64,000 bases of DNA from Eledone cirrhosa (Eukaryota): assembly GCA_964016885.1 (NCBI GenBank), contig OZ024743.1:322400001-322464000 (forward strand), read 5' to 3'. How positions within the stretch are numbered: the first letter of the stretch is position 1; the number at the start of each line of letters is the position of its first letter. This document shows positions 28,901 to 44,718 of this stretch, piece by piece. The translations under genes and the position numbers were made by a program. The notes under the pieces are model-generated. The model saw only the letters and a list, made by a program, of their open reading frames with translations. It ran no database searches and was not told where the DNA came from.

Positions 28901-31900
28901 CATAATACCCACCTAGATCTGGGTCCTTAACTTGGAGCTACAGTAAAAGACACTTACCCACCTTGATCTGGGACATTAACTTGGAGCTACAATAAAAGAC
29001 ACTTAATCAACTCGATCTGGGTCCTTTACTTGGAGCTACAGTAAAACACACTTACCCACCTTGATCTGTGTCCTTAACTTGGAGCTGCAACAAAAGACAC
29101 TTACCCACCTCGTCTGGGTCCTTAACTTGGCGCTACAGTTAAACACACATACCCAACCTAGATCTGGGTCCATAACTTGGAGCTACAGTAAAACATACTT
29201 ACCCACCTCGATCTGTGTCCTTATCTTGGAGCTACAGTAAAAGATATTTACCCACCTCGATCTGGGTCCTTAAATTGGAGCTACAGTAAAAGACACTTAC
29301 CCACCTCGATCTCTGTCCTTAACTTGGAGCTACAGTAAAAGACACTTACCCACCTTGATCTGGGTCCTTAACTTGGAGCTACAGTAAAACACACTTACCC
29401 ACCTCGATCTTGGTACTTAACTTGGAGCTACAGTAAAACGCACTTACCCACCTCGATCTGCGTCCTTAACTTACAGCTACAGTAAAAGACAGTTACCCAC
29501 CTCGATCTGGGTCCTTAACTTGGAGCTACAATAAAACACACTTACCCACATTGATCTGGGTCCTTATCTTTGAGATACAGTAAAAGACACTTACCCCCAT
29601 CGATCTGGGTCCTTAACTTGGAGCTACAGTAAAACACACTTACCCAAGCGATTTGGGTCCTTAACTTGGAGCTACAGTATAACACATTTACCGACCTCGA
29701 TCTGGGTCATTAACTTGGAGCTACAGTAAATGACACTTACCCACCTGATCTAGGTCCTTAACTTGGAGCTACGGTAAAACACACTTACCCACCTAGATCT
29801 GGGACCTTAACTTGGAGCTACAGTAAATCACACTTACCCACCTCGATCTGGGTCCTGAACTTGGAACTACAGTAAGACACACATACCCAACCTAGATCTG
29901 GGTCCTTAACTTGGATCTACAGTAAAACAAATTTACCCATCCTGATCTGGGTCCTTAACTTGGAGCTACAGTAAAAGACACTTACCCACATTGATCTATG
30001 TCCTTAACTTGGAGCTGCAGTAAAAGACACTTACCCACCTTTTCTGGGTCCTTAACTTGGAGCTACAGTAAAACACACTTACTCACTTTGATCTAGGTCC
30101 TTAACTTGGAGCTACAGTTAAACACACATAACCAACCTAGATCTGGGTCCATAACTTGGAGCTACAGTAAAACATACTTACCCACCTCGATCTGGGTCCT
30201 TAACTTGGAGATACAGTAAAAGATACTTATCCACCTCGATCTGGGTACTTAACTTGGAGCTACTGCAAAAGACACTTATCCACCTTGATCTGGGTCCTTA
30301 ACTTGGAGCTACAGTAAAAGACACTTACCCACCTCGATCTGGGTCCTTAACTTGGAGCTACAGTAGAACACACATACCCAACCTAGATCTGGGTCCTTAA
30401 CTTGGAGCTACAGTAAAACATACATACACACTTTGATCTGGGTCCTTAACTTGGAGCTACAGTAAATGACACTTACCCACCTCGATCTGGGTCCTTAACT
30501 TGCAGCTACAGTAAAACACACTTACCCACCTAAATCTGAGTCTTTAACTTGGAGGTACGATAAAACACACTTACCCACCTCGATCTGGTTCCTTAAATTG
30601 GAACTACAGTAAAACATATTACCCACCTCGATCTGGGTCCTTAACTTGGAGCTACTGTAAAAGACACTTACCCACCTCCATCTGGGTCCTTAACTTGGAG
30701 CTACAGTAAAACATACTTACCCAACATGATGTGGGTTCTTAACTTGGAGCTACAGTAAAAGACACTTATCCACCTCGATCTGGGACCTTAATTTGGAGCT
30801 ACAGTAAAACACACTTACTCACCTCGATCTGGGTCCTTAACTTGGAGCTACAGTAAAAGAAACTTACCCACCTCGATCTGGGTCCTTAACTTGGCGCTAC
30901 AGTAAAACACACTTACCCAGCTGATCTGCGTGCTTAACTTAGAGCTACAGTAAAAGACACTTACCCACCTCTATCTGGGTCCTTAACTTGGAGATACAAT
31001 AAAACACACTTACCCACAATGATCTGGGTCCTTAACTTGGAGCTACAGTAAAAGACACTTACCCACATTGATCAGTGTCCTTAACTTGGAGCTGCAGTAA
31101 AAGACACTTACCCACCTCGTCTGGGTCCTTAACTTGGAGCTACAGTAAAACACACTTACCCACCTCGATCTGGATCCTTAACTTGGAGCTACAGTTAAAC
31201 ACACATAACCAACCTAGATCTGGTTCCAGAACTTGGAGCTACAGTAAAACATACTTACCCACCTCGATCTGGGTCCTTAACTTGGATATACAGTAAAAGA
31301 TACTTATTCACCTCGATCTGGGTACTTAACTTGGAGCTACTGCAAAAGACACTTACCCACATCGATCTGGGTTTAACTTGGAGCTACAGTAAAACATACT
31401 TACCCACCTCGATCTCTGTCCTTAACTTGGCGCTACAGTAAAACACACTTACCCACATTGATCTGCGTGCTTAACTTAGAGCTACAGTAAAAGACACTTA
31501 CCCACCTCGATCTGGGTCCTTAACTTGGAGCTACAATAAAACACACTTACCCACATTGATCTGGGTCCTTAACTTGGAGCTACAGTAAAAGAAACTTACC
31601 CCCATCGATCTGGGTCCTTAACTCGGAGCTACAGTAAAACACGCTTACCCACCTGATCTGCGTGCTTAACTTAGAGCTACAGTAAAAGACACTTACCCAC
31701 CTCGATCTGGGTCCTTAACTTGGAGATACAATAAAACACACATACCCACATTGATCTGGGTCCTTAACTTGGAGCTACAGTAAAAGACACTTACCCACAT
31801 TGATCTGTGTCCTTAACTTGGAGCTGCAGTAAAAGACACTTACCCACCTCGTCTGGTTCCTTAACTTGGAGCTACAGTAAAACACACTTACCCACAATGA

Positions 31901-34900
31901 TCTGGGTCCTTAACTTGGAGCTACAGTTAAACACACATATCCAACCTAGATCTGTGTCCAGAACTTGGAGCTACAGTAAAACATGCTTACCCACCTCGAT
32001 CTGGGTCCTTAACTTGGAGATACAGTAAAAGATACTTATCCACCTCGATCTGGGTACTTAACATGGAGCTACTGCAAAAGACACTTACCCACATCGATCT
32101 GGGTTTAACTTGGAGCTACAGTAAAACATACTTACCCACCTCGATCTCTGTCCTTAACTTGGCGCTACAGTAAAACACACTTATCCACCTCGATCTGCGT
32201 GCTTAACTCAGAGCTCCAGTAAAAGACACTTACCCACCTCGATCTGGGTCCTTAACTTGGAGCTACAATAAAACACACTTACCCACCTCGATCTGGGTCC
32301 TTAACTTGGAGCTACAGTAAAAGATACTTATCCACCTCGATCTGGGTCCTTAACTTGGAGCTACTGCAAAAGACACTTACCCACCTCTATCTGGATACTT
32401 AACTTGGAGCTACAGCAAAAGACACTTACCCACCTGATCTGGGTTTAACTTGGAGCTACAGTAAAAGACACTTACCCACCTGATCTGGGTTTAACTTGGA
32501 GCTACAGTAAAACACACTTACCCACCTCTATCTGGTTCCTTAACTTGGAGCTACAGTAAAACACACTTACCCACCTGATCTGGGTCCTTAACTTGGAGCT
32601 ACAGTTAAACACACATAACCAACCTATATCTGGGTCCATAACTTGGAGCTACAGTAAAACATACATTCCCACCTCGATCTGGGTCCTTAACTTGGAGCTA
32701 CAGTAAAAGATACTTACCCACCTTGATTTGGGTCCTCAACTTCGAGCTACAGCAAAAGACACTTACCCACCTCGATCTGGGTCCTTAACTTGGAGCTACA
32801 GTAAAAGACACTTACCCACCTCGTACTCTGTCCTTAACTTGGAGCTACAGTAAAACACACTTACCCACCTGATCTGGGTCCTTTACTTGGAGGTACAGTT
32901 AAACACACATAACCAACCTATATCTGGGTCCATAACTTGGAGCTACAGTAAAACATACATACCCACCTCGATTTGGGTCCTTAACTTCGAGCTACAGCAA
33001 AAGACACTTACCCACCTCGATCTGGGTCCTTAACTTGGAGCTACAGTAAAAGACACTTACACACCTTGATCTGGGTTTAACTTGGAGCTACAGTAAAACA
33101 TACTTACCCACCTCTATCTGGGTCCTTAACTTGGAGCTACAGTAAAACACACTTATCCACCTCGATCTGCGTCCTTAACTTAGAGCTACAGTAAAAGACG
33201 CTTACCCACCTCTATCTGGGTCCTTAACTTGGAGCTACGATAAAACACACTTACCCACCGTGATATGGGTCCTTAACTTGGAACTACAGTAACACATAAT
33301 ACCCACCTAGATCTGGGTCCTTAACTTGGAGCTACAGTAAAAGACACTTACCCACCTTGATCTGGGACATTAACTTGGAGCTACAATAAAAGACACTTAA
33401 TCAACTCGATCTGGGTCCTTTACTTGGAGCTACAGTAAAACACACTTACCCACCTTGATCTGTGTCCTTAACTTGGAGCTGCAGTAAAAGACACTTACCC
33501 ACCTCGTCTGGGTCCTTAACTTGGCGCTACAGTTAAACACACATACCCAACCTAGATCTGGGTCCATAACTTGGAGCTACAGTAAAACATACTTACCCAC
33601 CTCGATCTGTGTCCTTATCTTGGAGCTACAGTAAAAGATATTTACCCACCTCGATCTGGGTCCTTAAATAGGAGCTACTGTAAAAGACACTTACCCACCT
33701 CGATCTCTGTCCTTAACTTGGAGCTACAGTAAAAGACACTTACCCACCTTGATCTGGGTCCTTAACTTGGAGCTACAGTAAAACACACTTACCCACCTCG
33801 ATCTTGGTACTTAACTTGGAGCTACAGTAAAACGCACTTACCCACCTCGATCTGCGTCCTTAACTTAGAGCTACAGTAAAAGACAGTTACCCACCTCGAT
33901 CTGGGTCCTTAACTTGGAGCTACAATAAAACACACTTACCCACATTGATCTGGGTCCTTAACTTTGAGATACAGTAAAAGACACTTAACCCCATCGATCT
34001 GGGTCATTAACTTGGAGCTACAGTAAATGACACTTACCCACCTCATCTAGGTCCTTAACTTGGAGCTACGGTAAAACACACTTACCCACCTAGATCTGGG
34101 ACCTTAACTTGGAGCTACAGTAAATCACACTTACCCACCTCGATCTGGGTCCTTAACTTGGAACTACAGTAAAACACACATACCCAACCTAGATCTGGGT
34201 CCTTAACTTGGATCTACAGTAAAACAAATTTACCCATCCCGATCTGGGTCCTTAACTTGGAGCTACAGTAAAGGACACTTTCCCACATTGATCTATGTCC
34301 TTAACTTGGAGCTGCAGTAAAAGACACTTACCCACCTTTTCTGGGTCCTTAACTTGGAGCTACAGTAAAACACACTTACCCACTTTGATCTAGGTCCTTA
34401 ACTTGGAGCTAGAGTTAAACACACATAACCAACCTAGATCTGGGTCCATAACTTGGCGCTACAGTAAAACATACTTACCCACCTCGATCTGGGTCCTTAA
34501 CTTGGAGATACAGTAAAAGATACTTATCCACCTCGATCTGGGTACTTAACTTGGAGCTACTGCAAAAGACACTTACCCACCTTGATCTGGGTCCTTAACT
34601 TGGAGCTACAGTAAAAGACACTTACCCACCTCGATCTGGGTCCTTAACTTGGAGCTACAGTAGAACACACATACCCAACCTAGATCTGGGTCCTTAACTT
34701 GGAGCTACAGTAAAACATACATACCCACTTTGATCTGGGTCCTTAACTTGGAGCTACAGTAAATGACACTTACCCACATCGATCTGGGTCCTTAACTTGC
34801 AGCTACAGTAAAACACACTTACCCACCTAGATCTGGGTCTTTAACTTGGAGGTACGATAAAACACACTTATCCACCTCGATCTGGTTCCTTAAATTGGAA

Positions 34901-37900
34901 CTACAGTAAAACATATTACCCACCTCGATCTGGGTCCTTAACTTGGAGCTACAGTAAAAGACACTTACCCACCTCGATCTGGGTCCTTAACTTGGAGCTA
35001 CAGTAAAACATACTTACCCACCTTGATGTGGGTCCTTAACTTGGAGCTACAGTAAAAGACACTTATCCACCTCGATCTGGGACCTTAATTTGGAGCTACA
35101 GTAAAACACACTTACTCACCTCGATCTGGGTCCTTAACTTGGAGCTACAGTAAAAGACACTTACCCACCTCGATCTGGGTCCTTAACTTGGCGCTGCAGT
35201 AAAACACACTTGCCCACCTGATCTGCGTGCTTAACTTAGAGCTACAGTAAAAGACACTTACCCACCTCGATCTGGGTCCTTAACTTGGAGCTACAGTAAA
35301 AGACACTTACCCACATTGATCAGTGTCCCTAACTTGGAGCTGCAGTAAAAGACACTTACCCACCTCGTCTGGGTCCTTAACTTGGAGCTACAGTAAAACA
35401 CACTTACCCACCTCGATCTGGATCCTTTACTTGGAGCTACAGTTAAACACACATAACCAACCTAGATCTGGTTCCAGAACTTGGAGCTACAGTAAAACAT
35501 ACTTACCCACCTCGATCTGAATCCTTAACTTGGAGATACAGTAAAAGATACTTATTCACCTCGATCTGGGTACTTAACTTGGAGCTACTACAAAAGACAA
35601 TTACCCACATCGATCTGGGTTTAACTTGGAGCTACAGTAAAACATACTTACCCACCTCGATCTCTGTCCTTAACTTGGCGCTACAGTAAAACACACTTAC
35701 CCACATTTATCTGCGTGCTTAACTTAGAGCTACAGTAAAAGACACTTACCCACCTCAATCTGGGTCCTTAACCTTGGGCTACAATAAAACACACTTACCC
35801 ACATTGATCTGGGTCCTTAACTTGGAGCTACAGTAAAAGAAACTTACCCCCTCGATCTGGGTCCTTAACTCGGAGCTACAGTAAAACACGCTTACCCACC
35901 TGATCTGCGTGCTTAACTCAGAGCTACAGTAAAAGACACTTACCCACCTCGATCTGGGTCCTTAACTTGGAGCTACAGTAAAAGATACTTATCCACCTCG
36001 ATCTGGGTACTTAACTTGGAGCTACAGTAAAAGACACTTACCCACATTGATCTGTGTCCTTAACTTGGAGCTGCAGTAAAAGACACTTACCCACCTCGTC
36101 TGGTTCCTTAACTTGGAGCTACAGTAAAACACACTTACCCACATTGATCTGGGTCATTAACTTGGAGCTACAGTTAAACACACATATCCAACCTAGATCT
36201 GGGTCCATAACTTGGAGCTACAGTAAAACATACATACCCACCTCGATCTGGGTCCTTAACTTGGAGCTACAGTAAAAGATACTTACCCACCTCGATTTGG
36301 GTCCTTAACTTCGAGCTACAGCAAAAGACACTTACCCACCTCGATCTGGGTCCTTAACTTTGAGCTACAGTAAAAGACACTTACCCACCTCGTACTCTGT
36401 CCTTAACTTGGAGCTACAGTAAAACACACTTACCCACCTCCATCTGGGTCCTTAACTTGGAGCTACAGTAAAACACACTTATCCACCTCGATCTGCGTCC
36501 TTAACTTAGAGCTACAGTAAAAGACGCTTACCCACCTCTATCTGGGTCCTTAACTTGGAGCTACGATAAAACACACTTACCCACCTTATCTGGGTCCTTA
36601 ACTTGGAGCTACAGTTAAACACACATAACCAACCTATATCTGGGTCCATAACTTGGAGCTACAGTAAAACATACATACCCACCTCGATCTGGGTCCTTAA
36701 CTTGGAGCTACAGTAAAAGATACTTACCCACCTCGATTTGGGTCCTTAACTTCGAGCTACAGCAAAAGACACTTACCCACCTCGATCTGGGTCCTTAACT
36801 TGGAGCTACAGTAAAAGACACTTACACACCTTGATCTGGGTTTAACTTGGAGCTACAGTAAAACATACTTACCCACCTCTATCTGGGTCCTTAACTTGGA
36901 GCTACAGTAAAACACACTTATCCACCTCGATCTGCGTCCTTAACTTAGAGCTATAGTAAAAGACGCTTACCCACCTCTATCTGGGTCCTTAACTTGGAGC
37001 TACGATAAAACACACTTACCCACCGTGATATGGGTCCTTAACCTGGAACTACAGTAAAACATAATACCCACCTAGATCTGGGTCCTTAACTTGGAGCTAC
37101 AGTAAAAGACACTTACCCACCTTGATCTGGGACATTAACTTGGAGTTACAATAAAAGACACTTAATCAACTCGATCTGGGTCCTTTACTTGGAGCTACAG
37201 TAAAACACACTTACCCACCTTGATCTGTGTCCTTAACTTGGAGCTGCAGTAAAAGACACTTACCCACCTCGTCTTGGTCTTTAACTTGGCGCTACAGTTA
37301 AACACACATACCCAACCTAGATCTGGGTCCATAACTTGGAGCTACAGTAAAACATACTTACCCACCTCGATCTGTGTCCTTATCTTGGAGCTACAGTAAA
37401 AGATATTTACCCACCTCGATCTGGGTCCTTAAATTGGAGCTACAGTAAAAGACACTTACCCACCTCGATCTCTGTCCTTAACTTGGAGCTACAGTAAAAG
37501 ACACTTACCCACCTTGATCTGGGTCCTTAACTTGGAGCTACAGTAAAACACACTTACCCACCTCGATCTTGGTACTTAACTTGGAGCTACAGTAAAACGC
37601 ACTTACCCACCTCGATCTGCGTCCTTAACTTGGAGCTACAATAAAACACACTTACCCACATTGATCTGGGTCCTTAACTTTGAGATACAGTAAAAGACAC
37701 TTACACCCATCGATCTGGGTCCTTAACTTGGAGCTACAGTAAAACACACTTACCCAAGCGATTTGGGTCCTTAACTTGTAGCTACAGTATAACACATTTA
37801 CCGACCTCGATCTGGGTCATTAACTTGGAGCTACAGTAAAAGACACTTACCCACATTGATCTATGTCCTTAACTTGGAGCTGCAGTAAAAGACACTTACC

Positions 37901-40381
37901 CACCTTTTCTGGTTCCTTAACTTGGAGCTACAGTAAAACACACTTACCCACTTTGATCTAGGTCCTTAACTTGGAGCTACAGTTAAACACACATAACCAA
38001 CCTAGATCTGGGTCCATAACTTGGAGCTACAGTAAAACATACTTGCCCACCTCGATCTGGGTCCTTAACTTGGAGATACAGTAAAAGATACTTATCCACC
38101 TCGATCTGGGTACTTAACTTGGAGCTACTGCAAAAGACACTTACCCACCTCGATCTGGGTCCTTAACTTGGAGCTACAGTAGAACACACATACCCAACCT
38201 AGATCTGGGTCCTTAACTTGGAGCTACAGTAAAACATACATACCCACCTTGATCTGGGTCCATAACTTGGAGCTACAGTAAATGACACTTACCCACCTCG
38301 ATCTGGGTCCTTAACTTGCAGCTACAGTAAAACACACTTACCCACCTAGATCTGGGTCTTTAACTTGGAGGTACGATAAAACACACTTACCCACCCCGAT
38401 CTGGTTCCTTAAATTGGAACTACAGTAAAACATATTACCCACCTCGATCTGGGTCCTTAACTTGTAGCTACAGTAAAAGACACTTACCCACCTCGATCTG
38501 GGTCCTTAACTTGGAGCTACAGTAAAACATACTTACCCACCTTGATGTGGGTCCTTAACTTGGAGCTACAGTAAAAGACACTTATCCACCTCGATCTGGG
38601 ACCTTAATTAGGAGCTACAGTAAAACACACTTACTCACCTCGATCTGGGTCCTTAACTTGGAGCTACAGTAAAAGACACTTACCCACCTCGATCTGGGTC
38701 CTTAACTTGGCGCTACAGTAAAACACACTACCCACCTGATCTGCGTGCTTAACTTAGAGCTACAGTAAAAGACACTTACCCACCTCGATCTGGGTCCTTA
38801 ACTTGGAGATACAATAAAACACACTTAACCACATTGATCTGGGTCCTTAACTTGGAGCTACAGTAAAAGACACTTACCCACATTGATCAGTGTCCTTAAC
38901 TTGGAGCTGCAGTAAAAGACACTTACCCACCTCGTCTGGGTCCTTAACTTGGAGCTACAGTAAAACACACTTACCCACCTCGATCTGGATCCTTAACTTG
39001 GAGCTACAGTTAAACACACATAACCAACCTAGATCTGGTTCCAGAACTTGGAGCTACAGTAAAACATACTTACCCACCTCGATCTGGGTCCTTAACTTGG
39101 AGATACAGTAAAAGATACTTATTCACCTCGATCTGGGTACTTAACTTGGAGCTACTGCAAAAGACACTTACCCACATCGATCTGGGTTTAACTTGGAGCT
39201 ACAGTAAAACATACTTACCCACCTCGATCTCTGTCCTTAACTTGGCGCTACAGTAAAACACACTTACCCACATTGATCTGCGTGCTTAACTTAGAGCTAC
39301 AGTAAAAGACACTTACCCACCTCAATCTGGGTCCTTAACTTTGGGCTACAATAAAACACACTTACCCACATTAATCTGGGTCCTTAACTTGGAGCTACAG
39401 TAAAACAAACTTACCCCCATCGATCTGGGTCCTTAACTCAGTGCTACAGTAAAACACGCTTACCCACCTGATCTGCGTGCTTAACTTAGAGCTACAGTAA
39501 AAGACACATACCCACCTCGATCTGGGTCCTTAACTTGGAGATACAATAAAACACACATACCCACATTGATCTGGGTCCTTAACTTGGAGCTACAGTAAAA
39601 GACACTTACCCACATTGATCTGTGTCCTTAACTTGGAGCTGCAGTAAAAGACACTTACCCACCTCGTCTGGTTCCTTAACTTGGAGCTACAGTAAAACAC
39701 ACTTACCCACATTGATCTGGGTCATTAACTTGGAGCTACAGTTAAACACACATATCCAACCTAGATCTGTGTCCATAACTTGGAGCTACAGTAAAACATA
39801 CTTACCCACCTTGATTTGGGTCCTTAACTTGGAGATACAGTAAAAGATACTTATCCACCTCGATCTGGGTACTTAACTTGGAGCTACTGCAAAAGACACT
39901 TACCCACATCGATCTGGGTTTAACTTGGAGCTACAGTAAAACATACTTACCCACCTCGATCTCTGTCCTTAACTTGGTGCTACAGTAAAACACACTTACC
40001 TACCTCGATCTGCGTGCTTAACTTAGAGCTACAGTGAAAGGCACTTACCCACCTCGATCTGGGTCCTTAACTTGGAGCTACAATAAAACACACTTACCCA
40101 CATTGATCTGGGTCCTTAACTTGGAGGTACAGTAAAAGAAACTTACCCCCATCGATCTGGGTCCTTAACTTGGAGCTACAGTAAAACACACTTACCCACC
40201 TTGATCTGGGTCCTTAAATTGGAGCTACAGCAAAAGACACTTACCCACCTCGATCTGGGTCCTTAACTCGGAGCTACAGTAAAACACACTTACTCACCTC
40301 GATCTGGGTCCTTAACTTGGAGCTACAGTAAAAGACACTTACCCACCTCGACAGGGTCCTTAACTTGGCGCTACAGTAAAA
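22994..40381. repeat. Large tandem segmental duplication, copy 2 (~17.4 kb)
   Basis: Colinear with 2737-23005. Length differences of -49, -98, -98, +99, -1809, -975 and +49 sum to -2881, which equals 17376-20257. Confidence 0.95.
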
Positions 40382-43300
40382 CACACTTACCCACCTTGAT
40401 CTGCGTGCTTAACTTGGAGCTACAGTAAAAGACACTTACCCACCTCGATCTGGGTCCTTAACTTGGAGCTACAATAAAACACACTTACCCACCTCGATCT
40501 GGGTCCTTAACTTGGAGCTACAGTAAAAGATACTTATCCACCTCGATCTGGGTACTTAACTTGGAGCTACTGCAAAAGACACTTACCCACCTCAATCTGG
40601 ATACTTAACTTGGAGCTACAGTAAAAGACACTTACCCACCTGATCTGGGTTTAACTTGGAGCTACAGTAAAAGACACTTACCCACCTGATCTGGGTTTAA
40701 CTTGGAGCTACAGTAAAACACACTTACCCACCTCTATCTGGTTCCTTAACTTGGAGCTACAGTAAAAGACACTTACCCACCTTGATCTGGGACATTAACT
40801 TGGAGCTACAATAAAAGACACTTAATCAACTCGATCTGGGTCCTTTACTTGGAGCTACAGTAAAACACACTTACCCACCTTGATCTGTGTCCTTAACTTG
40901 GAGCTGCAGTAAAAGACACTTACCCACCTCGTCTGGGTCCTTAACTTGGCGTTACAGTTAAACACACATACCCAACCGTGATCTGGGTCCATAACTTGGA
41001 GCTACAGTAAAACATACTTACCCACCTTGATCTGTGTCCTTATCTTGGAGCTACAGTAAAAGATATTTACCCACCTCGATCTGGGTCCTTAAATTGGAGC
41101 TACAGTAAAAGACACTTACCCACCTCGATCTGCGTCCTTAACTTAGAGCTACAGTAAAAGACAGTTACCCACCTCGATCTGGGTCCTTAACTTGGAGCTA
41201 CAATAAAACACACTTACCCACATTGATCTGGGTCCTTAACTTTGAGATACAGTAAAAGACACTTACCCCCATCGATCTGGGTCCTTAACTTGGAGCTACA
41301 GTAAAACACACTTACCCAAGCGATTTGGGTCCTTAACTTGGAGCTACAGTATAACACATTTACCGACCTCGATCTGGGTCATTAACTTGGAGCTACAGTA
41401 AATGACACTTACCCACCTCATCTAGGTCCTTAACTTGGAGCTACGGTAAAACACACTTACCCACCTAGATCTGGGACCTTAACTTGGAGCTACAGTAAAT
41501 CACACTTACCCACCTCGATCTGGGTCCTTAACTTGGAACTACAGTAAAACACACATACCCAACCTAGATCTGGGTCCTTAACTTGGATCTACAGTAAAAC
41601 AAATTTACCCCTCCCGATCTGGGTCCTTAACTTGGAGCTACAGTAAAAGACACTTACCCACATTGCTCTATGTCCTTAACTTGGAGCTGCATTAAAAGAC
41701 ACTTACCCACCTTTTCTGGGTCCTTAACTTGGAGCTACACTAAAACACACTTACCCACTTTGATCTAGGTCCTTAACTTGGAGCTACAGTTAAACACACA
41801 TAACCAACCTAGATCTGGGTCCATAACTTGGAGCTACAGTAAAACATACTTGCCCACCTCGATCTGGGTCCTTAACTTGGAGATACAGTAAAAGATACTT
41901 ATCCACCTCGATCTGGGTACTTAACTTGGAGCTACAGTAAAAGACACTTACCCACATTGATCTATGTCCTTAACTTGGAGCTGCAGTAAAAGACACTTAC
42001 CCACCTTTTCTGGGTCCTTAACTTGGAGCTACAGTAAAACACACTTACCCACTTTGATCTAGGTCCTTAACTTGGAGCTACAGTTAAACACACATAACCA
42101 ACCTAGATCTGCGTGCTTAACTTAGAGCTACAGTAAAAGACACATACCCACCTCGATCTGGGTCCTTAACTTGGAGATACAATAAAACACACATACCCAC
42201 ATTGATCTGGGTCCTTAACTTGGAGCTACAGTAAAAGATACTTACCCACATTGATCTGTGTCCTTAACTTGGAGCTGCAGTAAAAGACACTTACCCACCT
42301 CGTCTGGTTCCTTAACTTGGAGCTACAGTAAAACACACTTACCCACATTGATCTGGGTCCTTAACTTGGAGCTACAGTTAAACACACATATCCAACCTAG
42401 ATCTGTGTCCATAACTTGGAGCTACAGTAAAACATACTTACCCACCTTGATTTGGGTCCTTAACTTGGAGATACAGTAAAAGATACTTATCCACCTCGAT
42501 CTGGGTACTTAACTTGGAGCTACTGCAAAAGACACTTACCCACATCGATCTGGGTTTAACTTGGAGCTACAGTAAAACATACTTACCCACCTGATCTCTG
42601 TCCTTAACTTGGTGCTACAGTAAAACACACTTACCCACCTCGATCTGCGTGCTTAACTTAGAGCTACAGTGAAAGGCACTTACCCACCTCGATCTGGGTC
42701 CTTAACTTGGAGCTACAATAAAACACACTTACCCACATTGATCTGGGTCCTTAACTTGGAGCTACAGTAAAAGAAACTTACCCCCATCGATCTGGGTCCT
42801 TAACTTGGAGCTACAGTAAAACACACTTACCCACCTTGATCTGGGTCCTTAAATTGGAGCTACAGCAAAAGACACTTACCCACCTCGATCTGGGTCCTTA
42901 ACTCGGAGCTAAGGTAAAACACACTTACTCACCTCGATATGGGTCCTTAACTTGGAGCTACAGTAAAAGACACTTACCCACCTCGACTGGGTCCTTAACT
43001 TGGCGCTACAGTAAAACACACTTACCCACCTTGATCTGCGTGCTTAACTTGGAGCTACAGTAAAAGACACTTACCCACCTCGATCTGGGTCCTTAACTTG
43101 GAGCTACAATAAAACACACTTACCCACCTCGATCTGGGTCCTTAACTTGGAGCTACAGTAAAAGATACTTATCCACCTCGATCTGGGTACTTAACTTGGA
43201 GCTACTGCAAAAGACACTTACCCACCTCGATCTGGATACTTAACTTGGAGCTACAGTAAAAGACACTTACCCACCTCGATGTGGGTTTAACTTGGAGCTA

Positions 43301-44718
43301 CAGTAAAAGACACTTACCCACCTGATCTGTGTTTAACTTGGAGCTACAGTAAAACACACTTACCCACCTCTATCTGGTTCCTTAACTTGGAGCTACAGTA
43401 AAAGACACTTACCCACCTTGATCTGGGACATTAACTTGGAGCTACAATAAAAGACACTTAATCAACTCGATCTGGGTCCTTTACTTGGAGCTACAGTAAA
43501 ACACACTTACCCACCTTGATCTGTGTCCTTAACTTGGAGCTGCAGTAAAAGACACTTACCCACCTCGTCTGGGTCCTTAACTTGGCGCTACAGTTAAACA
43601 CACATACCCAACCTAGATCTGGGTCCATAACTTGGAGCTACAGTAAAACATACTTACCCACCTTGATCTGTGTCCTTATCTTGGAGCTACAGTAAAAGAT
43701 ATTTACCCACCTCGATCTGGGTCCTTAAATTGGAGCTACAGTAAAAGACACTTACCCACCTCGATCTCTGTCCTTAACTTGGAGCTACAGTAAAAGACAC
43801 TTACCCACCTTGACCTGGGTCCTTAACTTGGAGCTACAGTAAAACACACTTACCCACCTCGATCTTGGTACTTAACTTGGAGCTACAGTAAAACGCACTT
43901 ACCCACCTCGATCTGCGTCCTTAACTTAGAGCTACAGTAAAAGACAGTTACCCACCTCGATCTGGGTCCTTAACTTGGAGCTACAATAAAACACACTTAC
44001 CCACATTGATCTGGGTCCTTAACTTTGAGATACAGTAAAAGACACTTACCCCCATCGATCTGGGTCCTTAACTTGGAGCTACAGTAAAACACACTTACCC
44101 AAGCGATTTGGGTCCTTAACTTGGAGCTACAGTATAACACATTTACCGACCTCGATCTGGGTCATTAACTTGGAGCTACAGTAAATGACACTTACCCACC
44201 TCATCTAGGTCCTTAACTTGGAGCTACGGTAAAACACACTTACCCACCTATATCTGGGACCTCAACTTGGAGCTACAGTAAATCACACTTACCCACCTCG
44301 ATCTGGGTCCTTAACTTGGAACTACAGTAAAACACACATACCCAACCTAGATCTGGGTCCTTAACTTGGATCTACAGTAAAACAAATTTACCCATCCCGA
44401 TCTGGGTCCTTAACTTGGAGCTACAGTAAAAGACACTTACCCACATTGATCTATGTCCTTAACTTGGAGCTGCAGTAAAAGACACTTACCCACCTTTTCT
44501 GGGTCCTTAACTTGGAGCTACAGTAAAACACACTTACCCACTTTGATCTAGGTCCTTAACTTGGAGCTACAGTTAAACACACATAACCAACCTAGATCTG
44601 GGTCCATAACTTGGAGCTACAGTAAAACATACTTGCCCACCTCGATCTGGGTCCTTAACTTGGAGATACAGTAAAAGATACTTATCCACCTCGATCTGGG
44701 TACTTAACTTGGAGCTAC
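39470..44718. repeat. ~2636-bp (54-monomer) tandem duplication, diverged copies
   Basis: ORFs 39622/42258 and TTAATCAAC at 40822/43458 (offset 2636). AAGCGATTT at 41318/44101 (offset 2783 = 2636+147). Confidence 0.85.
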
